A DNA stretch of 64,000 bases, taken from positions 106,764,001-106,828,000 of the forward strand of contig OZ024742.1 of NCBI GenBank assembly GCA_964016885.1, written 5' to 3'. A program made the translations under genes and the position numbers. The stretch is from Eledone cirrhosa (taxonomy: Eukaryota). Every line of letters begins with the position of its first letter. The stretch's first letter is position 1. This document shows, one piece after another, positions 15,551-32,169 of the stretch. The notes under the pieces are model-generated. The model was not told the DNA's origin and did not search any database. It saw only the letters and a program-made list of their open reading frames with translations.

Positions 15551-15824
15551 AAGGATCAAGGCTTAGTGGTTAGAACATTAGGCTTGCAATCAGAAGGTTG
15601 TGAGTTCGATTCTCGGACCGCGTTGCTCCACTTAACTCAGCTGTAGAAGTGTCACTGGTGCCAAGCTGTTTCGATCTTTGCCTTTCTCTCGGACAACATC
15701 GATGGCGTGGATAAGGGAGACTGGTATGCATGGACGACTGCTGGTCTTCCACTAACAACCTTGTCCGGACTTATGCAACCCCATGGCCATTTGTGACCGA
15801 AGGAGGCCTTTACCCTTACCCTTT
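15551..15824 (+). mobile_element. tRNA-derived SINE, (TTTACCC)-tailed subfamily; related copy at 29866-30291 (-)
   Basis: A box ggcttagtggttagaac, B box tgagttcgattctc, tail cctttacccttacccttta. Confidence 0.75.
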
Positions 15825-16669
15825 ATATATTTGTCTATTTTGATCTATATTTTGATATATATATATATATATATACACACATACACTACAATAGAAAACT
15901 GTTTATGTCACTGCGTGTATATGAATGTGTCTATAAGGAAGGCTATATAAGTTTACATACGTGTTTATATATATATGAGCGTCAATGCATATAACTGTTT
16001 ATTAAAACATTTGTATATATGGGTGCGCATATAAACATGTATACATGCACTGTGTGTGCATGATGCAATGCATCTTTGATTTGTGTGATGAAACTATTTA
16101 TTTAGTTACTGTAACTATATATTTATAACCTCCATGTAGCTTTCCAAGAAACCTAAAAGCTCTTCTAATCACGAGGTGTGTATTTGTATGTGTATATGAG
16201 TAGATATGTATATATGTATATATCTATGTGAGTGCGTGTGTTGTGTTTATATATTTTACCCTAGGTATCTATATATATATATATATATATATATGACAGG
16301 TGTATGTGAAAACATATATGAACGTATATAATACGCTCACATACAATAATTGTTTCTACTTTAGGCACAAGGCCAGCAATTACCCAGTACATTACTGGTA
16401 CTTTATTTTATCGACCCCGTAAGGATGAAAGACAAAGTCAACCTCGGCGGGATTTGAACTCAGATCGTACATACAATAATGGTATTCACCAAGGAAAATA
16501 GAGAAAAATATAACTCTTTTCGTTTCGTTACGAGAAAAAGGAGAGAATGTATTTTTCTTCAGCTGAGGGGCAACCCTTATGTTTATTGTATGTGAGCGTA
16601 TTATATCTGTTTATATATGTTTTTATATACACATCTATTATGCTTAAACGCTGTCTTAATGCTACCGCC

Positions 16670-16754
<85 letters not shown>

Positions 16755-16757
<3 letters not shown>

Positions 16758-16909
16758 CACCGTATTTTTAACTAAAGGAATTTTAGCTTGATAACGGGGT
16801 TTAGAACCCTCAGATAAATGGAAAAAGATGAGTCATCTTTTTCCATTTATCTGAGGGTTCTAAACCCCGTTATCAAGCTAAAATTCCTTTAGTTAAAAAT
16901 ACGGTGAAA
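16755..16909. repeat. Perfect palindrome, 77-bp arms with a 1-nt spacer (centre 16832)
   Basis: tttcaccgta...ggaaaaagatga G tcatctttttcc...tacggtgaaa; no mismatch seen. Confidence 0.95.
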
Positions 16910-16963
16910 GCTATATATTTTCTAATTTCAAACTCGCTCACTGTTTCAAAACATACTTACTTG

Positions 16964-17043
<80 letters not shown>

Positions 17044-17171
17044 GTCTATAATTCCCGCTTTTTCTAACGGTCCGATAAGTGTGTGGGTCATTTTAACGGC
17101 TTGATTCATTCACTGGGCAGAGGGTGATATATCTACATCTATACGGACTTATGTCTAGTAGATTTGGAAAA

Positions 17172-17252
17172 GCTATCTGAAGAGCTATATCTTTCCATTG
17201 GAAATTCTCTGAATTTCTAATCTTTTGATAAGCGAAACCGTACGGTCATGGC
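17172..17252 (+). ncRNA. Type I hammerhead ribozyme with intact core, predicted cleavage after C17247 (GUC)
   Basis: GCTAT-CTGAAGA-GCT(a)TATC...GATAAGC-GAAA-CCGTACGG-TC-ATGGC. Stem I is 5 bp (one G-U), stem II is 7 bp with one bulge and a G10.1-C11.1 pair, and stem III is palindromic. Confidence 0.85.
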
Positions 17253-17322
17253 ACTAGAAGAGGTAAATATTTAAATCGTATTTTAATTTATTTAAAAGAT
17301 TGTTTAATGTTTACTTTTTCCG

Positions 17323-17361
<39 letters not shown>

Positions 17362-17619
17362 GACGGTAGCATTAAGACAGCGTTTAAGCATAATAGATGT
17401 GTATATAAAAACATATATAAACAGATATAATACGTTCACATACAATAAACATAAGGGTTGCCCCTCAGCTGAAGAAAAATACATTCTCTCCTTTTTCTCG
17501 TAACGAAACGAAACGAAAAGAGTTATATTTTTCTCTATTTTCCTTGGTGAATACCATTATTGTATGTGAGCGTATTATATACGTTCATATATGTTTTCAC
17601 ATACACCTGTCATATATAT

Positions 17620-17654
<35 letters not shown>

Positions 17655-18044
17655 AGCTGCAACTCGATTTCGAGTAATGCCATCGCTTGGTACTTAATCA
17701 TGAGCATCACGGTCGTGGCTTTTCAGTCCTGCTAGGGACTTGCCTATGGCCAGCCATTTCATGCATCACAAAAAATGTCACATATAAGCGATGTCTGTGC
17801 TTGAAGCTTTTGTAAGTGAGGAAAGGCTTTGCACTGGGCCAATGCCACTCTCTGAACATCGAATGTATTTTCCCAAAAAGAAGAACTGGTCTACATCATT
17901 GGATTCAAATGAAGTCGCAGGTTTTATATCAGAGTGACCTTCTCTTAGAGAGATATCTTAATGACGACTAGGAATCTCTCGCTCCACAAAAAAAATTATT
18001 AGATGGCCGTTGACTCTCCTGAGTTCCTCCGCCCTATATATACA

Positions 18045-18076
<32 letters not shown>

Positions 18077-18569
18077 CATACGTATGTTTGTGTTTGTATG
18101 TAATAATACATAGGAAGTTGAGAACATTCATATGAATAGTTTCACTTATTTATCTTTGTTTTCTAGGGCTGGGTGCATTTCCTAGAGACAACCACCCTAC
18201 AGAATGTACAAGGTGCCTTTTACGTGAAATCAGCACTATCAACTTTACAGAGTAGACTGAGTACATTTTATCGTGTTACCAGCACTATCACTTTACAGTG
18301 TGGAGTTGGTGCATTTTATCGTGGTACCAACACTATCAATTTACAGGGTAGAATGAGTATGTTTATCGTGACGCCAACACTGACACTTTATAGGGGTGTA
18401 CTGGGTGCATTTTATCGTGGCACCAGCACTAAAAAGGTTGTCACATGCTAAGCCTAACTAAAGAGTCCTCTCAGACCCTATATAGTCGCCATTCAATTGC
18501 CAAGCCCTGTAGCCTCGGGTTTCATACCTTCATTTATATTAGGTCACTCACTACATTTACAGATTATAA

Positions 18570-19410
18570 TAATTATATACCCTTATGACCAACATTTACA
18601 GTATATAATTAGTTATATACACTTGTGACCAACATTTACAGTATATAATTAGTTATATACACTTATGACCAACGTTTACAGTATATAATTATATACACTT
18701 ACGACCAACGTTTACAGTATATAATTATATACACTTACGACCAACGTTTACAGTATATAATTATATACACTTACGACCTACGCTGACAGTATATAATAAT
18801 TATATACACTTATGGCCAACGTTGACAGTATATAATTATATACACTTATGACCAACATTTACAGTATATAATAATTATATACACTTATGACCAACGTTGA
18901 CAGTATATAATTATATACACTTATGACCAACATTTACAGTATATAATAATTATATACACTTATGACCAACGTTGACAGTATATAATTATATACACTTATG
19001 ACCAACATTTACAGTATATAATAATTATATACACTTATGACCAACGTTGACAGTATATAATTATATACACTTATGACCAACATTTACAGTATATAATAAT
19101 TATATACACTTATGACCAACGTTGACAGTATATAATTATATACACTTATGACCAACATTTACAGTATATAATAATTATATACACTTATGACCAACGTTGA
19201 CAGTATATAATTATATACACTTATGACCAACATTTACAGTATATAATAATTATATACACTTATGACCAACATTGACAGTATATAATTATATACACTTATG
19301 ACCAACATTTACAGTATATAATAATTATATACACTTATGACCAACGTTGACAGTATATAATTATATACACTTATGACCAACATTTACAGTATATAATAAT
19401 TATATACACT
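18570..19410. repeat. Minisatellite of alternating 39- and 36-bp monomers forming a 75-bp higher-order dimer
   Basis: cacttatgaccaacatttacagtatataataattatata alternates with cacttatgaccaacgttgacagtatataattatata. The 60-mers starting at 18841 and 19141 are identical (4 x 75). Confidence 0.95.
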
Positions 19411-19590
19411 AATATACAACATAAGATTCCTTGCCTAGATTCGATGTTCATAAGTAGGTATAGACCCGCAATTCCTAATGTAGTCGTACAGATCCCGACA
19501 TGATGTGACAACGTGTCTTTGGCCCTTTTAAGACTGACGGAGCCCATCTCCTCTCCAAGTCTGAACATTTCTCTTCCAGAGAAAACAAGC

Positions 19591-19632
<42 letters not shown>

Positions 19633-20087
19633 TAAAGAAATGGAGAGGAAGAAATGACCCCAGTACTGAACTGGTGCTTTATTTATTGGCCTCGAAAGGA
19701 TGGAAGCAAAGTTGGCCTCAGCAGGATTTGAGCTCCGAGAATCAGAGCGAATACCACAGAGCCTTCTATGCGACGTTCTGACAACTCCACCAATTCACCG
19801 CCACCATTCGATGTTTAGAAGGATAGAAAAAATAATGCCATAAATCAAATTATGAAGATCTTCAACGTGTGAAAGGAAGAAGTGGTGAGGGGGTGAATAT
19901 TTCGTTGATAAAAGTTCCGTATGTGTATTGGTAGGGTTTAAAACCCAAATCTAATTGAATTAAAACACTACAAGAACATATCTCAAACACACATCATTTC
20001 TAATTCTATAAATACACGAAAAAAAAAGGTTTAAAGTAAAATGGAAGATGTTTATTTTCAATTTTTCCTTATACATATAAACAAATA

Positions 20088-20144
<57 letters not shown>

Positions 20145-20719
20145 GTATGTATGTATGTATGTATGTATGTATGTATGTATGTATATATCTGCAAGTGTGT
20201 GCATATATATGTTTGTATGTACGTATATATGTGTGTGTATATATATATATATATAAATGTGTGTGTGTAAGTATGTACACACATACATACATACATACAT
20301 ACATACATACATACATACATACATACATACATACATACATACATACATACATACATACATACATACATACACACACATCTTAGCTTAACTATAATAATAG
20401 ACCAGACAGCTTCCTTGTGGATAAGAGATTTCAGAGGACGGGCATTTTGGAAGAGTTGTTGCTGTTGTGTTTGTTGTTTTTCGGGTGTGTAGATGTGGGG
20501 AGATGATGAATAGTTTACCGGCTGGACGGTGACATTTGTAACGATATGATTGGTTCTGTGGCGATGGCGTTCAAGTGTGGATCTTTTCGATGGAGGGGTA
20601 GAGGGGGTGATCGTTCAAGGTGTTGGTTTGGAGTTGTTTAGGGCCGACCCACCAATACAGGGATAAGATATGGATGGAATGGTGTAGAGGTGATGATATT
20701 AAAGCACTAATTCCCCACC

Positions 20720-21240
20720 CACACCAACAATAACTACCACTCTCATCATGTGCACCAACAACAACACCTACATCACCCCCATCATCACCCACACTATCAT
20801 CGCCACACCACCACCAACATCACCCCCCACCCCCCATATCACCACCACCACCAACATCACCCCCACATCACGACCACCACCCACATTACCACCGCCAATC
20901 ACAATACCATCACCAACATCACCACCACCAGCAACAACAACCCCACATCACCACCACCACCACCCACACTGCCACTGCCAATCGCAACACCCCCACCACC
21001 ACCACCATCACCACCACTACCCACACTGCCACCGCCACCACTAATCACAACACCCCCACCACCACCACCACCACCACCACCACCCACACTGCCACCGCCA
21101 CCACTAATCACCCCCCACCACCACCACCACCACCCACATCACTACCCACACTGCCACCGCACCACTAATCACAACACGACCAACAACAATATCATCCCCA
21201 CATCACTACCCACAATAACAACACCACCCCACACCACCAC
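20720..21240. repeat. (CAC/CCA)-rich low-complexity tract
   Basis: Degenerate trinucleotide repeat with recurring cccacactgccaccgcc blocks; source of the polyPro/His ORFs. Confidence 0.85.
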
Positions 21241-21993
21241 TATACAAAATGTAAAATCCGGTGTTGCTTCTGTTATTTCTTCTGAGACGGAACTGTCTTT
21301 CGTCATAAGGCAATCAGATTAAGACCAAAGTGTGTGTATGTATGTGTGTGTGTGTGTGTGTGTGTATGTGTGTGTGTGTGTGCATGTGTGTATGTGTGTG
21401 TGTGTGCGTGTGTGTGTGTGTGTGTGTGTATGTGCGTGTGTGTGCGTGTGTGTATATGTGTGTACGTGTATGTGTGTGTGTGTGTGTGTGTGCGTGTGTG
21501 TGTATGTTTCCTCAATTTTTGTTATTGTTGCTTTTATTTGATTTGTATTGATTGTTTTGTTTTCCTGCGGGGGTCGGGTCGGGTCGGGGGGGGGGGGTCC
21601 TCTCTTTCATCTTTCTACCTCTGCTCTTCTACACATCATAGTTCGCTCGCCGCTCCCATTATCACCAATATTCCCACCATACTGTTTGACATAATCCAGA
21701 GAATGCTGACGAAGCCAGAAAGTTGTGGTTCAAAATCGGTCATTTCTTTAGCTTCACACCTTCCTAACATACATACATACATACATACATACATACATAC
21801 ATACATACATACATACATACATACGGACGGACGGAAGGACAGACAGACAGACAGACAGACAGGCAGGCAGGCAGGCAGGCAGACAGACAGACAGATATAG
21901 TAATTACAAAAATACTAACAGAAGGCCCATTCCGTTTCGACTGGCCTGCAAGTGTGCCGGTTATAAACAACTGTATGTGTGTCTGTATGTAAC

Positions 21994-22043
<50 letters not shown>

Positions 22044-22044
22044 T

Positions 22045-22600
22045 TATTTAACTCGACAGAAGGTGATCTCCGACTTGCGCTTCATAGGTATGATGTCGAG
22101 TGCTGCATGGCTGGAATGAAAATCAGTCTTGCGACAACTGAGACAAACGTCTTATCAAGGAAGCCTGCGGAGTACACTCTACGTGTAAATGGAGTTCCAC
22201 AGAAGCAGGTGGATAGGTTCAAGTATCTCGGAGTCGTATTGATGATGATGGCAGGCAGGGGGCTGAATTAAGTGCAAGAATTGCAGGAGCTGGTGCAGTA
22301 ATTCAGTAATGCAGTAATTCGGTAATCAAAAGAAGGGAGATAGGAGCAAAAACCAAACTCGCTATCTTCAATTCGGCATTCGTACCAAACTATGATCATG
22401 AATCTTGAGTAATGACCGAGAGAATACGATCGCGAATACAAGCGGCCGAAATCGGGTTCCTCCGAAGGGTCTTTGGAGTAACGTTGCGCGATTGAGTTGC
22501 TGCAGGTAAAGCCGTTACTTCTCCGAATTGAGAGACCACAGCTTCAATATTACGGGCATGTGGTTAGAATGTCTCAGGAAAGTAGATTTTACGAGACCAG
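22045..22600 (+). mobile_element. Decayed RTE-clade LINE 3' fragment
   Basis: ORF 21999..22271 contains GMKISLATTE...LRVNGVPQKQVDRFKYLGV. Downstream remnants ESWVMTERIRSRIQAAE-like (with a stop) and QLQYYGHVVRM are present. Confidence 0.8.
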
Positions 22601-22737
22601 CCGAGCTCATGGATGTAGATGTTATCCAACCATCTTGCTCGGTGGGGGAGATGAGAAAACAAGCATGAAACTGTGATGTATATCAGCAGAGCTGTTTGTT
22701 TTCTTCATATGGAACATTATTTTTCCATGATATATAA

Positions 22738-22789
<52 letters not shown>

Positions 22790-23061
22790 TTTGAGCATAT
22801 GTTTGTTGTTTACCGACACCTCAGTATGAATCCAGTACCTCGGAAGAATAACAACACAACCGGGAGCTGGACATATCGATGTATTGACGGAGTAAAACAC
22901 ACTTCAACAAGATGTGTACCTGTCTTTCCCACACCAATTCGGACTGCCTGAAGAGGTCACAGCCAATGAAGGGTTGACATCAGGAAGGGTAACCGGCTGA
23001 GAAACATAGTCTCAAAACATGCCGTCTGACCCATGCCAGCATGAAAAGAGGATGCAAAAGC

Positions 23062-23149
<88 letters not shown>

Positions 23150-23154
23150 ATATA

Positions 23155-23190
<36 letters not shown>

Positions 23191-23959
23191 ATTTGAAAAT
23201 GTGAGAGTACCAAACACAGAATATAACTGTAATAACAGTCAATCACTATAAATAATAATTGATAAAATTAAGTAATTACCCATAGAGGTGGGGGAAGTGG
23301 ACAGAAGCACCTGTCTACTTTTTCCCGCCTTTAACTGTAATTTTCCCCCATTTTCTCAACAGCTCATTTCTCTTCAGATCTGAACTCAGTTAATTTCTTC
23401 CAGAGAAGGAGAGAGAAAGTGAGAGAAAACAGACGAAGAATCGACCCTAGTACCAGTTAGTACTTTATTTCTCGACCTTGAAAGGATGAAGGTCAAAGTT
23501 GACCTCGGCGGAGTTTGAACTAAGAGCAGAGAGAGCCGAAACGCATACTGGAACATTTAATCCAATGCTCTAGCGACTCCGTTGCCTTCGAAGTTAAAAT
23601 TAGGTTGGGCAAAAAGTTGCTTAACACTTTTGTTTTCTTAGGTGTTGGTGCTGGAAATCTTTCAGACCAACTTAAGATGGTCGCAATTAATTGATTTCTT
23701 TCTTCGTTTTTAGGTTGCTTGTGATTTGTTGTTACTGTGAGCCATTTTGATGGATTGTCGGCAAGAAGAAGAAGAAGAAGAAGAGCAATAACAACAACAG
23801 TAGCAGCAGCAACAACAAGAAATGTTGCAGTTGTCCCTGAACAACAATCAAGACAGATGGTGTGTTACGACAGAGGAATGAGGTGGGGGAGGGGTGGGGG
23901 AGGAATACGACGAATAAATAATACGTAAAGATTTCAAGAGAAACTTTCAAAGAAAAACA

Positions 23960-24234
23960 TACACTACTACTACTACTTCAACTACTACTACTAATGCTCC
24001 TGCTGTTGCTTACTCCTCCTCAAACTACTACTAATACTACTAGTAATACTGTTACTACTCAAAAAAAATCTATGCTAAAGCCATCACCCCAACTACCATC
24101 CACTACTACAACCCAACCACTGCAAAGACTAATACATTCATCACTACAAGAACATCCAACACTTCCACTACTGTTGCTATTACTACTAATAATAATACTA
24201 ATACTACTACTAATACTAATACTACTACTACCAA

Positions 24235-24287
<53 letters not shown>

Positions 24288-24330
24288 AATCCATCATTAA
24301 CACGACCACCACCACAACTACTACATCATG
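23960..24330. repeat. (ACT)n/(AAT)n degenerate trinucleotide tract
   Basis: Directly visible. Confidence 0.85.
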
Positions 24331-24884
24331 TCTGAATTGGAGTTTATTTTCCAAAAGAAATACAGAAAATTCTACGGATGATAAATCTAAATTGCTGAGA
24401 ATTTTCACTTTGTTTTTTTTTGTCTTTGTATTTTCATAAACTGTTGTCAACACTGTTGTTGCTGTTGTTGTTGTTGTGGGGGGCGGGCGGTGGTGGTTTC
24501 GGGCGGGTGGGATAGCGTGTTAGGTTGAATTATTATATTTGGAATTTTTTTGTAGGGTTAATATTTTTCTTTCCCGTTAGAACTCCCGCCTGCCCGTCCC
24601 TACCATTCACAGTTTTGTTGTTAAGCGCTGAATGTTTATTTTTCTTATTGTTCTTACTTACAGCTTAAAGGAAAGGGATGCAGGGTGGGAGGGACGGGAT
24701 CAATTGAAAGAAAACAAGTTATGGGTGAGACAAAGCCACCACACCGAGAGTGATTTGACAGAAATCTAGGAAATTCCAAATTTGCCGAGAATTCGCTTCT
24801 TCTGTATTTATTTTTAATATAGATTGAGCCATGTGTACAATGTAACCCATATACAGCTCCCCAGTCCCCTGCACATACAAACAC

Positions 24885-24945
<61 letters not shown>

Positions 24946-24966
24946 AATATATAGGTATATAGAGAG

Positions 24967-25063
<97 letters not shown>

Positions 25064-25256
25064 CATTTTAACACTATGAGACAATCTCTTGGTGATGAGG
25101 TGAGAGAATAAGAAAAGAAAAAAAAACAGACGAAAACCAAACTGGGTGGTCCTCACATCTCTATATATACATGTGTGTGTACATACATATATATGCAGCC
25201 ATATATACATATACATGTATACACACATATATATATAAACATATATATATATATAC

Positions 25257-25296
<40 letters not shown>

Positions 25297-25605
25297 CATT
25301 TGATTATATTACGAAGCATTGGGGGAATTTGAAAATATAGTCACCACAATGCAGATATCTATAATAATAGAAATAATGGTTAAATAAAATTGGACAAAAT
25401 ATCTCTGGAGGTAGAAAAAAGTGGACAAGGGCACCTTAGAGAAACTGAAAAACGTTACCATTACGCCAAACGGTCCCTGGCCGCCAAGTACCGTCTGTAT
25501 TGAAGATTTAAGCGTGAAGCCAGAAATGTGAACAAAATTTGATTGACTTATGAAGTACTGGAAAATTTGAAATTTGAAAATATAGTTGTCACAGTGCATC
25601 CTTTG

Positions 25606-26050
25606 TTTTATTATATCTATGACAGGGTTTATTATATCTATGACAGGGTTTATTATATCTATGACAGGGTTTATTATATCTATGACAAAGGGCAGCTGAT
25701 TGGCAGAATGGTTATGAGCTGAAATCGTGGTAAGGTCAACTTTGCCTTTCTTCTTTCCGGGATCGATATAATAAGGTACCAGTCAGGTACTGGGGTCGAT
25801 ATAATCGACTTTCATTTTCCTAAAAAATTGCTGGCCCTGTGCCGAAATTAGATCGTTTGACAAAATACTTTAGGGCAATTAGTTACTGCTCTTTACGTTC
25901 TGAGTTCAAGTATCGCCGTTGTCAATATTACCTTTCATCCTTACGTGGTCGATAAAATAAAGTACTAGTCAAGTACTGGGGCCATCATAGTCGACGTACG
26001 CCGCTCCTCTCAAAAATATGTGTTGACCTTGTGCCTAAACTTAGAAATCA
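25606..26050 (+). mobile_element. Four copies of a 21-bp unit (tttattatatctatgacaggg) followed by a Meta-type SINE dimer
   Basis: Tandem unit at 25606-25687. SINE cores occur near 25740 and 25930, and atatctatga recurs right after the SINEs (possible TSD). Confidence 0.7.
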
Positions 26051-26579
26051 TATCTATGAATACAATATCCAACGTGTGATTTGAGATCAATTAATTGCTA
26101 TTTCAAGATCCCTTTGCTGGCTTTTACGTATCTAGAATACTCAATGAGTATTTAGCGACTCAAACAACTGGAATACTCATCGACAAAACCGATGGAAACA
26201 CCATTAAACAGAAAAAGAATGGAGAGACGTTTGGAAAGAGGGGAAGAAGGCGAGCTAAATGAAGGAAACTGAAGACTCCAACCGTTCTAGCTAATCATTC
26301 TGTAACCGTTTTATCTAATGTTTCCAGACGAAAGTTGAGCTGCCATGACTTCTTTTCATGTTTTTATTGTTGGTTTTTGTTGTGCTTGTTGTTGTTTTTG
26401 CTTTACAACAATCACTTCTTTACGTCTCTGCCATTGTTGATATTATTCTTGTTGTCTCTCTCTCTCTCTCTCTCTCATACACACCTTCTCCTTCTCCTAC
26501 TCTCTTTTTCTTCCCCCTTTCTCCTCTCAATATGTCCATCTATCGATTAGTCTCCCTAACTATCTCACTCTCCTCTCCG

Positions 26580-29520
<2,941 letters not shown>

Positions 29521-29865
29521 TGTGTGTGTGCGTGAGAGAGAGATGCATTGTGGGTGCATGCACGAGCGTGTGTGTCGAGAGAGTCGAGAATGAAAAGCTC
29601 AGTTGCAACACATGTCAACTGATAGTTATTTCATTATTTCACTCTACCTCACCGTTTCTTGGTTTAACTACAATTCACTTAAGTATGAAACCAACCTCTA
29701 TCATCATCATCATCATCATTTTATGTTGATTTTTCCATGCAGGCATGGAGTAGACCAGTCGTTACGTTCAGAGTCGAGTTTCATTTGCATTTTCTACTTC
29801 CATTTTGCAAATGTAAAGCCTAACGAAAGGAAGAAGTTATGAAATCTAACCTTTGTGTTATATAT

Positions 29866-30291
29866 AAAGGGTAAAGACGTCCTTTGGTCATGAAGGACCA
29901 TGGGATTTGCACCTAGAAAGTTCTCCTCCGAGGCATAAGTCCAGGCTAGGTTATTTGTGAAAGACTATCCGAGGTTGACTTTGCCTTTCATCCTTACGGG
30001 GTCGATAAAATAAAGTATCAGTAATGCACTGGGTTATTGCTGGCCTTGTGCCTAAAGTAGAAACAGTTATTTGTGAAAGACTAGCAGTTGCCCATGCATA
30101 CCAGTCTCCTCACCAAGGAAAAGATAAAGGCCGGTACAACTTGACACCAGTGAGGTCGCAGCTCCTTTCTACGGCCGAGTGAACTGGAACAACGTGAAGT
30201 AAAGTGTCTTACTCAAGAACACAACATAAATCGAACTGACAACCGCACTATTGCAAGCCTCACGCTCTAACCACTAATCCATACGCATTCA
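29866..30291 (-). mobile_element. SINE with a nested opposite-strand Meta-type SINE (29968-30065)
   Basis: An 18-bp TSD gttatttgtgaaagacta lies at 29950-29967 and 30066-30083. Confidence 0.85.
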
Positions 30292-31071
30292 CTATATATA
30301 TACAGATATATATGTGTATAACTTTTTTAATTGATACACACACATCAATACAATGTATTTCTTATGTCAGTTGTGGTGCTACAATCACATGGTACTGGGT
30401 TCTAACCTTACATTGTTCCTGTAAATAGTTATTTCTCCAAAGTCACTCATGTGTTTGTACATAGATGCTGAACATTTATGTCATTATATCCTAGAAATGA
30501 ATTATTAAAATAACAGTTTTATCTTTAATCACTTCAAAGTAACAGAAATCAACATAAAATATAGGGTTTCTTTTATGCAAAATAAAAATATATAAAAACA
30601 TAAATTCCCACCTATATATAATTAATTGTCCATACACATATCCAGTAATCCTAGTATATATAATCCTGTACTTCAAAAATTAAATACACTCAAAACTATT
30701 GCCGTCATCATTGATGGGACTGGTACACTAGTATATATTTAAAGCAACAGTGGAATTTAGACAACACCTAAAAACCTCAGACAGCATCTAGAGACACTAG
30801 ACAAAACCTAGTGACCTCAGACAATATCTGAGAGAGAGAGGGGAGGGGAGATGCATTGTGTGAAAGAAAAGGGAGTTGACAGATGACCTGTCCCTGTTTA
30901 GCCAAAATAAAAGCAAAAGAAATGATATTGACATACAAATGAGCAATGTGTTTCTTCCAACTCTGGTAAATACAGTTTGTTGCTGATAGGTTCGACATTT
31001 GTTGCTGATAGATTCGACAAAATACTGGTGGATAATTTGATGGAGTTTATTAAAAACTGTGTGTGTATAAA

Positions 31072-31119
<48 letters not shown>

Positions 31120-31769
31120 CATCATCATCGTTTTTACGTCCGCTGTTCCATGCTTGCAGTACTGGAACTAAGAAGATCACAAATCAAAGAACTACTTGAT
31201 ACATGGTAAAATCCAGAGTATATATATATTCATTTAGGTTTGTTGGTTCACCACTGGATAGAATTGGTCATTCCGTATAGTCAACCTATATATATATATA
31301 TATGGAGAGAGGGGGGAAAGAGAGAGAGAGAGGTGGGATAAACCATACTAAAATCCTGACATGGGGTTCCGGCATAACATCCTTCCTTGAGGGATAGCTG
31401 CATGCAATCCAAGAATCTGCACCAAATACCTACGGTATTTGGTGGTGGATTAGCAGTATCAGTAGAGCGCCGGACACCCTGCTTTGCAGCATTGAGTTAC
31501 GGCCCATTGCGTTCTGAGTTCAAATCCCACCGAGGTTAGCTTTGCCTTTCATCTTTAAAGCACCAGTAATGCACTGGGGTCGATTTAAACGACTTTCCCC
31601 ATCACTTCAAATTGCTGTCCTTGTGCCTAAAGTAGAAACACTTATTACTATCACACTCTGCTTAATACGACCCCAAAGTACATACAGGAAACTACACATC
31701 GAGTGCTCACATTGATGAAACAACAGTAACTTGACGTTACAATCACTAAACTATATATATATGTGTGTG

Positions 31770-32095
31770 TATCATCATTATCATCATCATCATCATCATC
31801 ATTTTACGTCCGCTTTTCCCTGCTTGCAAGGGTTGGAAGGGTCCTATTCAGCACAGCATCTCTCCACTTGTCACGGTCTTTCGTCATCTCCTCGGTGAGT
31901 TTCAGCGATCTGAGGTCTGCTCTCACCACCTCTGCCCATGTTTTACGTGGTCTACCTCTACTGCGTCTTCCTTCTACTGGGATTTCTTGGCACTTCTTTA
32001 CCCAGCGGTCATCCTCCATGCGCATCACATGTCCATACCATCTCAGCCTTCTCTCCTGCACACCACAACTTATCCCTCTTTACCCAGTTTCTTTC
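31770..32095 (-). mobile_element. RTE LINE 3' end with (ATG)n tail; related stubs at about 10017-10198 and 40620-40815 (+)
   Basis: ORF 31804..32061 reads ERRLRWYGHVMRMEDDRWVKKC...[20 protein letters not shown]...DRDKWR. Confidence 0.9.
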
Positions 32096-32169
32096 TCATG
32101 CATATATATATGGGTGTGTGTGTGTATAAAAATACAGATATATAGGTATATATATTGTTATATTTGCGG

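Larger units (their letters stand above)
16291..17615. repeat. Nested foldback structure: about 255-bp inverted arms (16291-16675, 17358-17615) around a perfect palindrome and a hammerhead
   Basis: The arms are near-identical reverse complements. The left arm carries a SINE insert (16351-16468) with a 12-bp TSD acatacaataat. Confidence 0.9.

Noticed and set aside
18570-19410. CRISPR-like array of 36-39-bp repeats
   Set aside because: The units are contiguous with no unique spacers, there are no cas genes, and the context is eukaryotic.
20748-21322. Proline-rich formin/extensin-like exon
   Set aside because: A low-complexity CAC tract open in multiple frames, with no flanking domain or convincing splice partners.
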